A stretch of 64,000 bases of DNA from Tissierellaceae bacterium (GCA_018434075.1 JAHDQA010000011.1:735-64734), one strand, 5' to 3'. Counted from the first letter of the stretch, positions 9,812-20,467 are shown. The notes: a model not told the origin generated them from the sequence alone. Translations and numbers: made by a program.

Positions 9812-10626
9812 TGTTTAGACTTGTAGGTTTGGATTTAGATGGAACATTATTAAATGATAATCACGAGATTTCAAATGAAAACAAAGTGATCATTGATAAT
9901 TTAAAAGAACTTGGAGTTAAAGTGGTGCTAGCTTCTGGCAGGGAAATAGAGTCGATGATTTGGGCTAGCAATGAGCTAAAACTTGACACGCCACTTATTG
10001 CGCTAAACGGAGCGATAGTAACTGACAATAAAGGGGAGAATGTCTTATTTGGAAAATCATTAAATTTAAAGAAAATAAAGGATTTGTTCATTGATTTATA
10101 TGACAGTGGAAGGTTTATGCTTATATTTTTTAAAGATGAGGTCATAGCTACTGACAACAATGATGAGTACTACAACATATTTACAAAATACAGCAATGTA
10201 ATACCAAGAAGAGTAAACAACGTGGTTAAATACCTAGATGACAACAATCTATGGAATTCTGTGTATAAGATTATCTTTTCTGATGAGGAAGAAGTGCTTA
10301 TAAAATTAAGAGATGATCTAAGCGGAAAGATAGATGAAGAATACACTTTAGCTTTTTCAATGCCGTTTTACTTGGAACTTTATGATTCAAATGTTTCAAA
10401 GGGAAAAGCGTTGGAATATGTAGCTAATATGTACGGGATTAGAAATGATGAGATAATGGCCATTGGAGATGGAGAAAATGACCTATCTATGATTGAGTTT
10501 GCAAAGATAGGCATAGCAATGGATAATGCACCAGACTTCATCAAAGAAAGAGCAAATTATGTCACAAGTTCAAATATTGAAAATGGAGTTTTTCATGCGA
10601 TAAAGAAGTTCATATACAACGAATAG
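9811..10626 (+). CDS. Cof-type HAD-IIB phosphatase
   Basis: Motifs DLDGTLL and GDGENDLSM. The start overlaps the galU stop. Confidence 0.8.
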   Translation: MFRLVGLDLDGTLLNDNHEISNENKVIIDNLKELGVKVVLASGREIESMIWASNELKLDTPLIALNGAIVTDNKGENVLFGKSLNLKKIKDLFIDLYDSGRFMLIFFKDEVIATDNNDEYYNIFTKYSNVIPRRVNNVVKYLDDNNLWNSVYKIIFSDEEEVLIKLRDDLSGKIDEEYTLAFSMPFYLELYDSNVSKGKALEYVANMYGIRNDEIMAIGDGENDLSMIEFAKIGIAMDNAPDFIKERANYVTSSNIENGVFHAIKKFIYNE

Positions 10627-10697
10627 CCCGAGATTTCGGGCTATAATAATATACAGAATTATGTTCGACTAAATTATAAAAATTGGAGTGAGCAAAT

Positions 10698-11933
10698 ATG
10701 ACATATAAATTAAAAACAACAATCGTTGTGTTTTTTATTGTATTGTTGGCGTTTATATTTCTTATGTTCAAGGCAGAGCTTAACAACATAGAATCTTTAA
10801 AGAGAGATTACCCTGAACTAGAAGAAACAGTATATAGCTATAGAATTGACTTGTTAAAGGTGTGGGCAGTTAGGTTAATAGCTACTTTTCTTTTGCCTCT
10901 TATATTTTTAGTAAGTGGACTATCGCAAAAGATAAGTATATTTGCACAAAACAAGCACAGTCTATTTGCGAGTGGGATAATTTATGGGCTAATTTTCTTT
11001 GGAATGATGTTTTTAATTAATTTGCCGATCAATTACTATGGCTCATACTATCTAGGGCATAAGTATGGGCTTTCGAATCAGACACTACTTAGATGGCTTG
11101 AATTAAATATAAAGTCATTTTTAGTAAATGATGCTGTTATTTCTTTGTTTTTATTCATTCCATTTCTGATTATATATAAAAGCCCAAACATGTGGTGGTT
11201 TAATCTGTGGCTTATTTCAATACCTGTGATTGTATTTATTGTTTTTATATCGCCATTTGTTATAGACCCTATTTTTAACAACTACAGGCCGTTGGAGGAT
11301 GGAGCGCTGAGGGATGAAATAACTGAAATTCTTGAAAAAGCAGACATAGAAGATGCTTCGATTATGGTAGTGGATAAGAGCAAAGACACAAAAGCTATGA
11401 ATGCATACATGACCGGGATATTTAGTGCAAAGAGAATTGTTCTTTGGGACAATACAATAAACAATTTAGAAACCAAAGAGGTAGTGAGCATAACTGCGCA
11501 TGAAATAGGGCACTATGTTAAAGGACATATTTGGAAAAACATATTGTTTGGAATCGCAGGGACATTTGTAATTCTATATTTATTAAATATTTCAGCCAAT
11601 TGGGTGCTTGCGGAATCAAAAGGAGCATTCGGCTTTAAAAATATGACAAATCTTGCTGTGATTCCTTTGTTTTTGATTCTGATAAACTTGTTTAATTTTT
11701 TTGGAAGTCCTATTCAAAATGGGCTTTCAAGGGAATTTGAAAGACAAGCAGACAGGTTTGAAATTTCGCTCACAAAAGATAGAGAATCAGCGGTATCCGC
11801 ATTAAAGAAAATAAACTACACAAATTTAGGACTTCCAAGACCTTCAAAGTTCTATGAATTCTGGTATTATTCGCACCCTTCATTAGAAGAACGCATTGAA
11901 TTCTATATGACAGAAGATTTCGAAGAAATTTAA
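10698..11933 (+). CDS. M48-family (Ste24/HtpX-like) membrane zinc metalloprotease
   Basis: 411 aa with several N-terminal TM segments and the HEIGH zinc motif. Confidence 0.75.
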   Translation: MTYKLKTTIVVFFIVLLAFIFLMFKAELNNIESLKRDYPELEETVYSYRIDLLKVWAVRLIATFLLPLIFLVSGLSQKISIFAQNKHSLFASGIIYGLIFFGMMFLINLPINYYGSYYLGHKYGLSNQTLLRWLELNIKSFLVNDAVISLFLFIPFLIIYKSPNMWWFNLWLISIPVIVFIVFISPFVIDPIFNNYRPLEDGALRDEITEILEKADIEDASIMVVDKSKDTKAMNAYMTGIFSAKRIVLWDNTINNLETKEVVSITAHEIGHYVKGHIWKNILFGIAGTFVILYLLNISANWVLAESKGAFGFKNMTNLAVIPLFLILINLFNFFGSPIQNGLSREFERQADRFEISLTKDRESAVSALKKINYTNLGLPRPSKFYEFWYYSHPSLEERIEFYMTEDFEEI

Positions 11934-11942
11934 AAAAATTTG

Positions 11943-11970
11943 TTGATTTATATTTGGCGTGTGATATTAT
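11943..11970 (+). promoter_or_regulatory. Putative sigma-A promoter of the rbs operon
   Basis: TTGATT (11943-11948), 16-nt spacer, TATTAT (11965-11970). Confidence 0.45.
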
Positions 11971-11977
11971 TATATTA

Positions 11978-12006
11978 GGTAAACGATTACCCGATTAAAC
12001 GATTAA
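11978..12006 (+). promoter_or_regulatory. Two tandem LacI-family (RbsR/CcpA-type) operator half-palindromes
   Basis: GGTAAACGATTACC (11978-11991) and TTAAACGATTAA (11995-12006). Both are CG-centred imperfect palindromes sharing TAAACGATTA with 16-bp phasing, just downstream of the putative -10. Confidence 0.55.
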
Positions 12007-12024
12007 CTGATAAGTGGTGGTAAA

Positions 12025-13011
12025 ATGTCTATAACTATTAAAAAAATTGCAGAACTAGCCAATGTTTCAAGCGCTACTGTTTCTAAAGTATTAAATGACA
12101 AAGCTCCCTACATTAGTGAGGAAACGAAAAAGAGAATTTTCGATATAGCTAAAAAAGAGGGCTATATTCCTAATGCAGTTGCTAAGAGCTTAAAAGTTAA
12201 ATCGACGAAGACTATCGGAATTATAATTCCTGACGTGATGAATCTATTTTTTTCTGAATTAGCTAGGGGAATAGAAGATGCTGCAGAAAAAAGAGGTTAT
12301 TCGGTCATCCTATGTAATTCCGACAACAATAAGGAAAAAGAAAAGAAATACATACAAGTGCTACAAGAAAAGATGGTGGATGGGATCATCCTAACAGCCT
12401 CTGAAAAAAGTGTAGAGAGGTCTCTAAATATGCGAAAAATTCCGATGGTTCTTTTAGATAGAGACATAAATACAGATGTAAGAGTTGGCAAGATCTTTGT
12501 CGACAATGAAACTGGTGAATATGAGGCATGCAAATATTTAATAGAAAAAGGCATAAGAGATATAGCATTTATTTCTTCTAATGTAATAAGTAAATCATCT
12601 AGTCAAAGGCTAAATGGATACAAAAGAGCTTTATCTGATCATGGGATAATGATTGATGAAGATCTTATATACTTAGACAGTTATACGATAGAGACAGGGT
12701 TTAATGGTGTTCTGGAAATACTAAAAAAAAGGAATTTCAAAGGTATCTGCTGTGGGAATGATCTAATTGCGATAGGTGCAATTAATGCACTCAAACAAAA
12801 GCAGATAAGAGTACCAGAGAATGTAAAAGTAATTGGCTTTGACGATATTCAAATTTCAAAATATATAAATCCGCCACTTACTACTGTAAAACAACCTATT
12901 TACCAAATGGGGAAAGAGGCTGTAGATATGCTAGTCAACATGATTAATGGCTATGATATGGATTATGAGATCATTTTAAGAACAAGTTTAATTGAAAGGA
13001 TGAGCTGTTAA
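12025..13011 (+). CDS. rbsR: LacI-family transcriptional repressor of the ribose operon
   Basis: N-terminal HTH TIKKIAELANVSSATVSKVLN followed by a periplasmic-binding-protein-like domain. First gene of the rbs cluster. Confidence 0.85.
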   Translation: MSITIKKIAELANVSSATVSKVLNDKAPYISEETKKRIFDIAKKEGYIPNAVAKSLKVKSTKTIGIIIPDVMNLFFSELARGIEDAAEKRGYSVILCNSDNNKEKEKKYIQVLQEKMVDGIILTASEKSVERSLNMRKIPMVLLDRDINTDVRVGKIFVDNETGEYEACKYLIEKGIRDIAFISSNVISKSSSQRLNGYKRALSDHGIMIDEDLIYLDSYTIETGFNGVLEILKKRNFKGICCGNDLIAIGAINALKQKQIRVPENVKVIGFDDIQISKYINPPLTTVKQPIYQMGKEAVDMLVNMINGYDMDYEIILRTSLIERMSC

Positions 13012-13916
13012 TGGGCAAGATTGTCGTCATTGGGAGTATCAATTTAGATTTAGTTGTTGAAGTCGATGAAATACCTAAAATAGGGGAAACGGTAACGGGG
13101 AATTCTCTTTCTCAAATACCTGGAGGAAAAGGCGCTAATCAAGCTGTTGCGATGGCAAAATTAGGCTGTGATGTGGACTTCTTAGGAAAGGTAGGCAATG
13201 ACAGTTTTGCCAACATTGTTTTAAATTCAATGAAAGAATCAGGTGTAAATATAAAAAACATAAAGAGTGAAAGCACATCTACTGGAATTGCGGTTATAAA
13301 TGTAGATAAAAATGCACACAACAACATCATAGTTATTCCAGGAGCAAACGGCAAAGTTGATGAAGCATATCTACTGGAGAATGAAGGGATTATCAAAAAT
13401 GCGGAAGCTGTAGTTTTTCAACTAGAGATTCCAATAGATACGGTAAAATTTGGATTGAAACTAGCTAAAAAGCATGGCAAACTGACGATACTTAATCCAG
13501 CTCCAGCCTATGAATTGGATGATGAAATCATAGAAAACGTAGATATCATCATACCGAATGAGCATGAGATATCGAGGATAGCCCACATAGAAATCAAAGA
13601 AGAGGCAGACTTGATTAAAGCTAGTAAGCTGTTGATAGAGAGAAATGTCAAAAAGATAATAGTCACATTAGGTGAAAAAGGCGCGCTCTATGTAGATGAA
13701 AATACTTGTAAAATGTATCCTTCATACAAAGTGAAAGCAGTAGATTCAACTGCTGCAGGAGATGCATTTATAGGTGGTTTTGTAGCTAATTATATAAAGA
13801 CGAAAGACATAGATAAAGCGATCGACATGGGACAAAAAACTGCAGCTATTTCAATTCAAAGGTTTGGCGCACAGACTTCATTGCCTACATTAGAAGAAGT
13901 AATAAATTTTAAATAG
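13011..13916 (+). CDS. rbsK: Ribokinase
   Basis: Motifs GGKGANQAVA and DSTAAGDAFIGGF. Its ATG overlaps the rbsR stop (TAATG). Confidence 0.9.
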   Translation: MGKIVVIGSINLDLVVEVDEIPKIGETVTGNSLSQIPGGKGANQAVAMAKLGCDVDFLGKVGNDSFANIVLNSMKESGVNIKNIKSESTSTGIAVINVDKNAHNNIIVIPGANGKVDEAYLLENEGIIKNAEAVVFQLEIPIDTVKFGLKLAKKHGKLTILNPAPAYELDDEIIENVDIIIPNEHEISRIAHIEIKEEADLIKASKLLIERNVKKIIVTLGEKGALYVDENTCKMYPSYKVKAVDSTAAGDAFIGGFVANYIKTKDIDKAIDMGQKTAAISIQRFGAQTSLPTLEEVINFK

Positions 13917-13927
13917 GAGAGAGTTTT

Positions 13928-15421
13928 ATGGGTAGAGAAATACTGAGAATGGAGAACATTTCAAAGAGTTTTCCCGGTGTTAAAGCATTGGACGATGTTA
14001 GTTTAAAGGCATATGAAGGGGAAGTAATGGCGCTTTTAGGTGAAAACGGAGCAGGTAAAAGCACTTTGATGAAGATTTTATCGGGAGTATATACAAAAGA
14101 CTCAGGGCGAATATTATTAAACGGAGAAGAAATAAATGTACTCAATCCTAGAGATGCAGCTGAAAAAGGAATCGCTATCATCCACCAAAAACTCAATCTA
14201 ATACCAAATTTGACCGTTTATGAAAATATATTTTTAGGTAGAGAAAAGGTTAATTCCTATAAAGTACTAAAAAAAGATTGTATGATAGATGAATCTAAAA
14301 AGCTCTTGGAAAGGCTGAGAGTTGACATTGATCCTACGCTTAGAGTAAATGAGATATCGATAGCAAAACAACAGATGGTTGAAATTGCAAGAGCTTTATC
14401 TTTGAATGCTTCGGTAATAGTCATGGACGAACCTACGGATACACTAACCGACAAAGAAGTGGATAGCCTATTTGATGTTATAAGAGAACTAAAAACAGAA
14501 AACAAAGCGATTGTATATATTTCCCATAGACTTAAAGAAGTGTTTGAAGTGTGTGATAGAGCTACCGTTCTGAGAGATGGAAAATTAATTGACGAGCGGA
14601 TGATCAGCGACTTGGATGAAGATGAGATAATCAAGTTAATGGTAGGCAGAACTTTGGATGAACAATTTCCATATTTAATGACACAGGTTAGTGAGAATGT
14701 GCTTGAAGTTATAAATCTGACAAATAAATATGTAAAAAATATTTCTTTTAGCCTAAAAAAAGGTGAAGTGCTAGGCATATCAGGGCTAGTTGGAGCCGGA
14801 AGAAGTGAATTGGGAAAAACCATATTTGGTTTGTATCCAATAGATGAAGGGGAGATTTTTCTAGAAGGGAAAAAAGTAGAATTCAAATCACCAAAAGAAG
14901 CAATTGAAAACGGAATAATGTATGTATCTGAAGATAGAAAATCTGAAGGATTAGTTCTTTCGATGGATGTAAAGTCTAACATAACACTTTCCTCACTCGA
15001 CAAATTTAAAAGAGCGATTGGTCTTGACAAGAAAAAAGAAGAAAGAGTTACACAGGAGTATAGAGAGAAAATTAAAATCAAAACTCCTTCCTTGACGCAG
15101 AAAGTAAAAAATTTAAGTGGTGGCAATCAACAAAAAGTGGCGATTGCAAAATCCCTTTTAACTGAGCCAAAAGTGCTCATACTAGACGAACCAACCCGGG
15201 GGATAGACGTCGGGGCAAAAAGAGAAATTTATGATCTATTAAATGCAATTAAGAAAGAAGGCCATTGTGTGATCATGATATCTTCTGAAATGCCAGAAAT
15301 CTTAGGGATGAGCGACAGAATAATAGTAATGCATGAAGGCGTAATAAAAGGAGAATTGACAAGGGAAGAAGCCACTTCTGAAAAGATAATGAACTATATC
15401 ATTAAAGGGGAGGAAAACTAA
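13928..15421 (+). CDS. rbsA: Ribose ABC transporter ATP-binding protein (duplicated ATPase)
   Basis: Two ABC cassettes, with GENGAGKST, LSGGNQQKV and Walker B motifs. Confidence 0.9.
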   Translation: MGREILRMENISKSFPGVKALDDVSLKAYEGEVMALLGENGAGKSTLMKILSGVYTKDSGRILLNGEEINVLNPRDAAEKGIAIIHQKLNLIPNLTVYENIFLGREKVNSYKVLKKDCMIDESKKLLERLRVDIDPTLRVNEISIAKQQMVEIARALSLNASVIVMDEPTDTLTDKEVDSLFDVIRELKTENKAIVYISHRLKEVFEVCDRATVLRDGKLIDERMISDLDEDEIIKLMVGRTLDEQFPYLMTQVSENVLEVINLTNKYVKNISFSLKKGEVLGISGLVGAGRSELGKTIFGLYPIDEGEIFLEGKKVEFKSPKEAIENGIMYVSEDRKSEGLVLSMDVKSNITLSSLDKFKRAIGLDKKKEERVTQEYREKIKIKTPSLTQKVKNLSGGNQQKVAIAKSLLTEPKVLILDEPTRGIDVGAKREIYDLLNAIKKEGHCVIMISSEMPEILGMSDRIIVMHEGVIKGELTREEATSEKIMNYIIKGEEN

Positions 15422-15422
15422 T

Positions 15423-16358
15423 TTGAAAACTAAATTGGGTAAAGCAAAGCCACTTTTAGGGCTTATATTAATTATTGTGGTTGTCAGCATTATTAGCCCA
15501 AACTTTTTATCAAAGGGCAATTTGCTTACAGTTTTAAGGCAGACTTCAATCAACGCAATTATAGCTGCAGGTATGACTTTTGTAATATTAACTGCAGGAA
15601 TAGATCTTTCAGTTGGGTCTATATTAGGTTTTTCTGGAGCGATATGTGCATATTTACTTACAAATGGGACTAATGTATTTATATCTTTCTTAGCGGCAAT
15701 TTTAGTAGGTGCATTATTTGGGCTGTTTAATGGAGTGGTCATAACTAAAGGAAAAGTTCAACCCTTCATTGCCACTTTGGCTACTATGATCCTTTTAAGA
15801 GGGGCAACAATGGTATTTACAAACGGCAAGCCAATTGCCGTAAAAGGAGAAAGTGCTACTAAAATACTCAGGTATATAGCAAGAGGAGATATACTTGGAA
15901 TTCCTGTTGCAGTTATAATGATGGTTATTATCTTTGCTATTTGCTATCATATTCTCCACAATACAAAATATGGCAGGCATATATATGCAGTTGGCGGAAA
16001 TGAACAAGCAGCTTTACTTTCTGGAGTAAACACAGATCGAGTTAAGATGTTAGCGTATATGATAAGTGGAATTTTAGCTTCAATCGCTGGAATTATAGTT
16101 TTAGCAAGGCTTTCTTCAGCTCAACCTACAGCAGGTGATGGATATGAGTTAGATGCAATTGCAGCAGTAGTATTAGGAGGAACCTCTCTGGCAGGTGGTC
16201 AAGGTGCGATATTGGGAACTATCGTAGGGGCTTTGATTATCGGGATATTAAACAACGCCTTAAATTTACTTGACGTTCAATCATATTATCAAATGATTGT
16301 CAGGGCGATTGTAATACTAATTGCGGTATTACTAGATAGAAAAGATAAAAACAAATAG
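15423..16358 (+). CDS. rbsC: Ribose ABC transporter permease
   Basis: 311-aa polytopic protein of the RbsC/AraH type. TTG start 8 nt after GGGGAGG. Confidence 0.85.
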   Translation: MKTKLGKAKPLLGLILIIVVVSIISPNFLSKGNLLTVLRQTSINAIIAAGMTFVILTAGIDLSVGSILGFSGAICAYLLTNGTNVFISFLAAILVGALFGLFNGVVITKGKVQPFIATLATMILLRGATMVFTNGKPIAVKGESATKILRYIARGDILGIPVAVIMMVIIFAICYHILHNTKYGRHIYAVGGNEQAALLSGVNTDRVKMLAYMISGILASIAGIIVLARLSSAQPTAGDGYELDAIAAVVLGGTSLAGGQGAILGTIVGALIIGILNNALNLLDVQSYYQMIVRAIVILIAVLLDRKDKNK

Positions 16359-16368
16359 AGGTGATTGA

Positions 16369-16767
16369 ATGAAAAAAAGAGGGATATTGAATGGAGAACT
16401 TTCTAAATTAATTGCTGAGATGGGTCATATGGATATGATCTTAATCGGAGATGCTGGCATGCCTGTGCCTAAGGGAGTTAAACTTATTGATTTAGCAGTA
16501 GTTGAAGGGATACCTGGCTTTATAGATGTACTAAAAGCAGTATTAGAGGATTTAAAAGTAGAAGAGGCTTATATAGATGTAGAGTTAAAAAGCATAAGCC
16601 CACAAATGAAAGAGAGACTTGATTCTGTTATAGATAACCAATTTAGAGTTAATGAAATTGAACACGAGAAATTAAAAGAGTTGTCCAAGGACTGTAAAGC
16701 TGTAATTAGAACAGGAGAATTTACTCCATACTCAAATATAATTCTAAAGTCTGGAGTTGTATTTTAA
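16369..16767 (+). CDS. rbsD: D-ribose pyranase
   Basis: 132 aa. RbsD/FucU pattern GILNGELSKLIAEMGHMDMILIGDAGMP. Confidence 0.85.
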   Translation: MKKRGILNGELSKLIAEMGHMDMILIGDAGMPVPKGVKLIDLAVVEGIPGFIDVLKAVLEDLKVEEAYIDVELKSISPQMKERLDSVIDNQFRVNEIEHEKLKELSKDCKAVIRTGEFTPYSNIILKSGVVF

Positions 16768-16820
16768 GTTTATAACAGTGTTAGCTGTTAGAATAAAAAA
16801 TTAATGGGAGGTTAAAAAAG

Positions 16821-17738
16821 ATGAAAAAATTAATTACAATGTTGATGGTACTAGTACTTAGTATCTCTCTTGTTGCTTGTACATCTAGTACAAATGAAGG
16901 AGAAGATACTACTGGTGGAAACACAGAAGCAAAAAAAGTCGGATTTGTTATATCGACACAATCAAATCCATTCTTCGTTACACTTAAAGAAGGAGCAGAA
17001 CGAAAAGCTAAAGATTTAGGCGTAGAATTGATAGTATTAGACTCACAAGACGATCCTGCAAAAGAAGCTTCAAATGTTGAGGACTTGATTACCAAAAAAG
17101 TAGATCTTATCATAATCAATCCTACTGACTCTGATGCTGTTGTAAATAGCGTACTTGCAGCTAATGATGCTGGAATTCCAGTAATAACTGTTGACAGAGC
17201 ATCAAACGGCGGAGAAGTAGTATGCCATATTGCATCTGACAATGTCGCAGGTGGTAAAATGGCAGGTGAATTTATAATTGAACAACTAGGCGGAAAGGGC
17301 AAAGTTGTAGAGCTTGAAGGGATAGCAGGAACTAGTGCAGCTAGAGAAAGAGGAGAAGGCTTCAACGCTGCTTTAGAAGGCACAGAAATAGAAGTAGTAG
17401 CTAGACAAACAGCTGATTTTGACAGAGCAAAAGGCTTGGATGTAATGGAAAATATTCTTCAATCTCAACCTGAAATAGATGCTGTATTTGCTCACAACGA
17501 TGAAATGGCACTTGGCGCATTGGAAGCAATTAAAGCAAGTGGAAGAGATATAATCGTAGTTGGGTTTGATGCAACAGATGACGCTGTTAAAGCTGTAGAA
17601 GCTGGGGAAATGGCAGCAACTGTTGCTCAACAACCAGGCCTTATGGGTGAAATTGCAATTGAAACAGCAATCAAAGTAATGAATGGCGAACAAGTTGATG
17701 CAAATATACCAGTAGAATTACAATTAGTAACAAAATAA
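16821..17738 (+). CDS. rbsB: Ribose-binding lipoprotein
   Basis: Lipobox LVAC followed by a type-I periplasmic sugar-binding fold. Confidence 0.85.
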   Translation: MKKLITMLMVLVLSISLVACTSSTNEGEDTTGGNTEAKKVGFVISTQSNPFFVTLKEGAERKAKDLGVELIVLDSQDDPAKEASNVEDLITKKVDLIIINPTDSDAVVNSVLAANDAGIPVITVDRASNGGEVVCHIASDNVAGGKMAGEFIIEQLGGKGKVVELEGIAGTSAARERGEGFNAALEGTEIEVVARQTADFDRAKGLDVMENILQSQPEIDAVFAHNDEMALGALEAIKASGRDIIVVGFDATDDAVKAVEAGEMAATVAQQPGLMGEIAIETAIKVMNGEQVDANIPVELQLVTK

Positions 17739-17744
17739 GAATTA

Positions 17745-17775
17745 AAATAAGTGGTGATTTAATCACCACTTATTT
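17745..17775. terminator. Bidirectional terminator between rbsB and the GNAT gene
   Basis: Perfect 14-bp stem AAATAAGTGGTGAT/ATCACCACTTATTT with a 3-nt loop. That loop is the GNAT stop codon on the other strand. Confidence 0.8.
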
Positions 17776-18247
17776 TTAACTTCATATAAATTGAATTTCC
17801 CATTGGATTGTCATTAAATGGTTTAATTTCTTCAAAGCCATATTCTTTGTAGAGCTTTAGTGCTGCTTCTAAATATGGGAGTGTATCCAAAATAATACAT
17901 TCGTAGCCAATTTCATTAGCAGACTCAATCGCCTTTTGAAGAAGTAAATGGGAATAACCATTTCCTCTGAATTGAGGCTTAATATATAATCTTTTCATCT
18001 CGCAAGTTTTATCATCAACTTTTCTTAAAGCTATGCACCCGATTAGTAGATTATCAGATTTTAGTAAGAACAACCTTCCATATGGGAGCCCATATTTAAT
18101 TGAAGGATCGTTAAATTCATCATCGTAGTTTTGTTGTGACAGATATTTTTTGAAATTTGAATCTTTTTCTATTAGCATGTTTGTGTATTCGTTGAATAAT
18201 TCTCTGATCAATTCAATATCGTTGTAAGCTAAAACTATTTCCAACAT
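17759..18247 (-). CDS. GNAT-family N-acetyltransferase
   Basis: 162 aa. Acetyl-CoA-binding motif QFRGNGYSHLLL. Confidence 0.8.
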   Translation of the reverse strand: MLEIVLAYNDIELIRELFNEYTNMLIEKDSNFKKYLSQQNYDDEFNDPSIKYGLPYGRLFLLKSDNLLIGCIALRKVDDKTCEMKRLYIKPQFRGNGYSHLLLQKAIESANEIGYECIILDTLPYLEAALKLYKEYGFEEIKPFNDNPMGNSIYMKLKISGD

Positions 18248-18313
18248 ATAATCACCCCTTAAAGTCGTATCATATTTAATTTATACCATTTTATGTCATA
18301 GGTTACAATATCA

Positions 18314-18342
18314 TTGAAAATAATGTAAGCATTTGATAGAAT
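18314..18342 (+). promoter_or_regulatory. Putative sigma-A promoter of fprA-ZIP
   Basis: TTGAAA (18314-18319), 17-nt spacer, TAGAAT (18337-18342). Confidence 0.5.
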
Positions 18343-18412
18343 GATAAATAGATAACATATATTACATGTGATTAAACAATGAAAAGATTATATATAAAAG
18401 AGGAGGGGTAAG

Positions 18413-19624
18413 ATGAGCATAGTAAAATTAGAAAATGGAATAACTAAGGTATCAGCAAATTTAGGTGGAATTTTATTTGAAGGAATGTGGGAAATACCAA
18501 ATGGAGTATCATTGAATTCGTATATAGTAAAAGGGGATAAAACAGCTATAATAGACGGATTTGGCGATTGGGACGGAGTGCCAGAGAAATTATTTGAATT
18601 ATTGAAGGAAGCAGATGTAGAGATTAATGAAATAAAATATTTAATAGTAAATCATTTGGAACCCGACCACTCAGGCTGGATAAAGGAATTCAAGAAAATT
18701 AATACAGATTTTGAGGTGGTTTGTACTAAAAAAGCAGCTTCAATAATCAAGGCATTTTTTGATCTAGAAGAAAATGTAAGAGTGGTAAAAACTGGCGATA
18801 CTCTTGATTTGGGGAATGGGAAAGTATTGGAATTTCACGAAGTGCCAAATGTACATTGGCCTGAAACCATGATGACTTTTGAAAAATCAACAAGAACAGC
18901 ATTTACTTGCGATCTCTTTGGAACATTTGGGAAAACTGATTATGATTTTGATGATAATTTAACTGATGAAGATTTAAAATATTTAGATGAAGAAGGTTTA
19001 AGGTATTTTTCAAATGTTATGATGACTTTTACTTCTCAAGTGAAAAGGGCAGTTGAAAAATATAAAAGTCTTGATGCGAAGACAATTGCACCATCACATG
19101 GCATTGTATGGAGAAAAGATCCAAATAAGATTGTTCAGATGTACAAAGACTATATTGAATATGCTTTGGGATATGGAAGAAAAGAAATAACTATACTTTG
19201 GGGTTCAATGTATGGAAGAACCGAAGAGGCTGTTAAGGAAATAGAAGAGTATATAGAGGGGAAGAATATAAAACTTAATGTTCACAGATTGCCTGAAACA
19301 AATTGGGGAACTGTTTTAAAATCTGTATTGAGTTCATCTGGGGTAATAATTGCAGCTCCAACATATGAATATCAAATGTTTCCACCAGTTGCCTGCGCAT
19401 TAGAAGAGATAGGCAGGAAGAAAATACTTAAAAGACATGCACTTGCATTTGGGTCTTATGGATGGACTAGTGGATTACAGAAAGAATTAGATGACATAAT
19501 GAACAGATATAAATTAAATTGGGACTTTGTAGATACCTATATATTCAATGGCAGAGCAAGAAATGAAGATATAGATGTGATTAAAAAAAGAGTAGACGCA
19601 TTGATAAATAATATTGGAATTTAG
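18413..19624 (+). CDS. Flavodiiron protein (FprA-type O2/NO reductase)
   Basis: 403 aa. N-terminal MBL-like di-iron domain (HLEPDHSG) and a C-terminal flavodoxin-like domain. Confidence 0.8.
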   Translation: MSIVKLENGITKVSANLGGILFEGMWEIPNGVSLNSYIVKGDKTAIIDGFGDWDGVPEKLFELLKEADVEINEIKYLIVNHLEPDHSGWIKEFKKINTDFEVVCTKKAASIIKAFFDLEENVRVVKTGDTLDLGNGKVLEFHEVPNVHWPETMMTFEKSTRTAFTCDLFGTFGKTDYDFDDNLTDEDLKYLDEEGLRYFSNVMMTFTSQVKRAVEKYKSLDAKTIAPSHGIVWRKDPNKIVQMYKDYIEYALGYGRKEITILWGSMYGRTEEAVKEIEEYIEGKNIKLNVHRLPETNWGTVLKSVLSSSGVIIAAPTYEYQMFPPVACALEEIGRKKILKRHALAFGSYGWTSGLQKELDDIMNRYKLNWDFVDTYIFNGRARNEDIDVIKKRVDALINNIGI

Positions 19625-19636
19625 GGAGAGAAAAAC

Positions 19637-20467
19637 ATGCTAAATTTCTTGGATTCATTTTCACCAGTTCAGCAGGCATTCTTAGCAACTCTTTTTACTT
19701 ATGGAGTAACAGCATTAGGTGCTGCGTTAGTGTTTTTCTTTAAGACTATAAATAAGTCTGTTTTAAATGGAATGCTGGGATTTGCAGCAGGCGTTATGAT
19801 AGCAGCTTCATTTTGGTCATTGTTAGAACCAAGCCTAGAAATGGCGGAGAATTTAGGACAAGTGCCTTATTTGACAGCAGCTATAGGATTTTTATTAGGT
19901 GGCGGTTTTTTATATTTAGTTGATACACTGATGCCTCACTTGCATATGGGTCTTGAAAGCTCGAAAGCTGAGGGGCCGAAGACATCTTTGCAAAGGAGCA
20001 TACTTTTAGTGCTAGCAATTACATTGCACAATATACCTGAAGGTTTAGCTGTTGGTGTTGCTTTTGGAGCAGCGGCTTTAGGAGATGCATCGGGAGCAAC
20101 TATTGCAGGGGCTAGTGTATTGGCACTTGGCATAGGGCTTCAAAACTTTCCTGAAGGAGCAGCAGTGTCCATTCCGTTGAGAAGAGAAGGTTATTCAAGG
20201 GGAAAATCATTCTTTTTAGGTCAGGCATCTGGAATTGTTGAACCAATAGCAGCAGTTTTGGGCGCTTATGCCGTTGTAGCTATTCAACCAATGCTGCCAT
20301 ACGCTTTGGCGTTTGCAGCAGGAGCTATGATATATGTAGTAGTGGAAGAGCTTATTCCTGAAGCTCAGATGGATTCAAAACTTGGAAAGTCAATTACAGA
20401 TATATCGACGATTGGATGTATGATTGGGTTTACGGTAATGATGGTGATGGATGTAGCATTAGGTTAG
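19637..20467 (+). CDS. ZIP-family divalent metal transporter (ZupT-like)
   Basis: 276-aa membrane protein with the [10 protein letters not shown] motif, 12 nt after fprA. Confidence 0.8.
   Translation: MLNFLDSFSPVQQAFLATLFTYGVTALGAALVFFFKTINKSVLNGMLGFAAGVMIAASFWSLLEPSLEMAENLGQVPYLTAAIGFLLGGGFLYLVDTLMPHLHMGLESSKAEGPKTSLQRSILLVLAITLHNIPEGLAVGVAFGAAALGDASGATIAGASVLALGIGLQNFPEGAAVSIPLRREGYSRGKSFFLGQASGIVEPIAAVLGAYAVVAIQPMLPYALAFAAGAMIYVVVEELIPEAQMDSKLGKSITDISTIGCMIGFTVMMVMDVALG

Noticed and set aside
14257-15126. 289-aa ORF antisense to rbsA. Similar long antisense ORFs occur at 16781-17383 (200 aa, opposite rbsB) and 48140-48745 (201 aa, opposite the DMT gene).
   Set aside because: They lie entirely inside well-supported genes. 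Their products are low-complexity (Ser/Ile/Phe/Leu-rich) with no RBS or recognisable motifs. They are the expected stop-poor antisense frames of AT-rich, purine-biased coding DNA.
18330-18360. GATA-rich stretch (TGATAGAATGATAAATAGATAAC) over the fprA -10 that superficially resembles Fur hexamer repeats.
   Set aside because: It has no dyad symmetry and matches the 7-1-7 or 19-bp consensus poorly. It is far weaker than the site at 22149.
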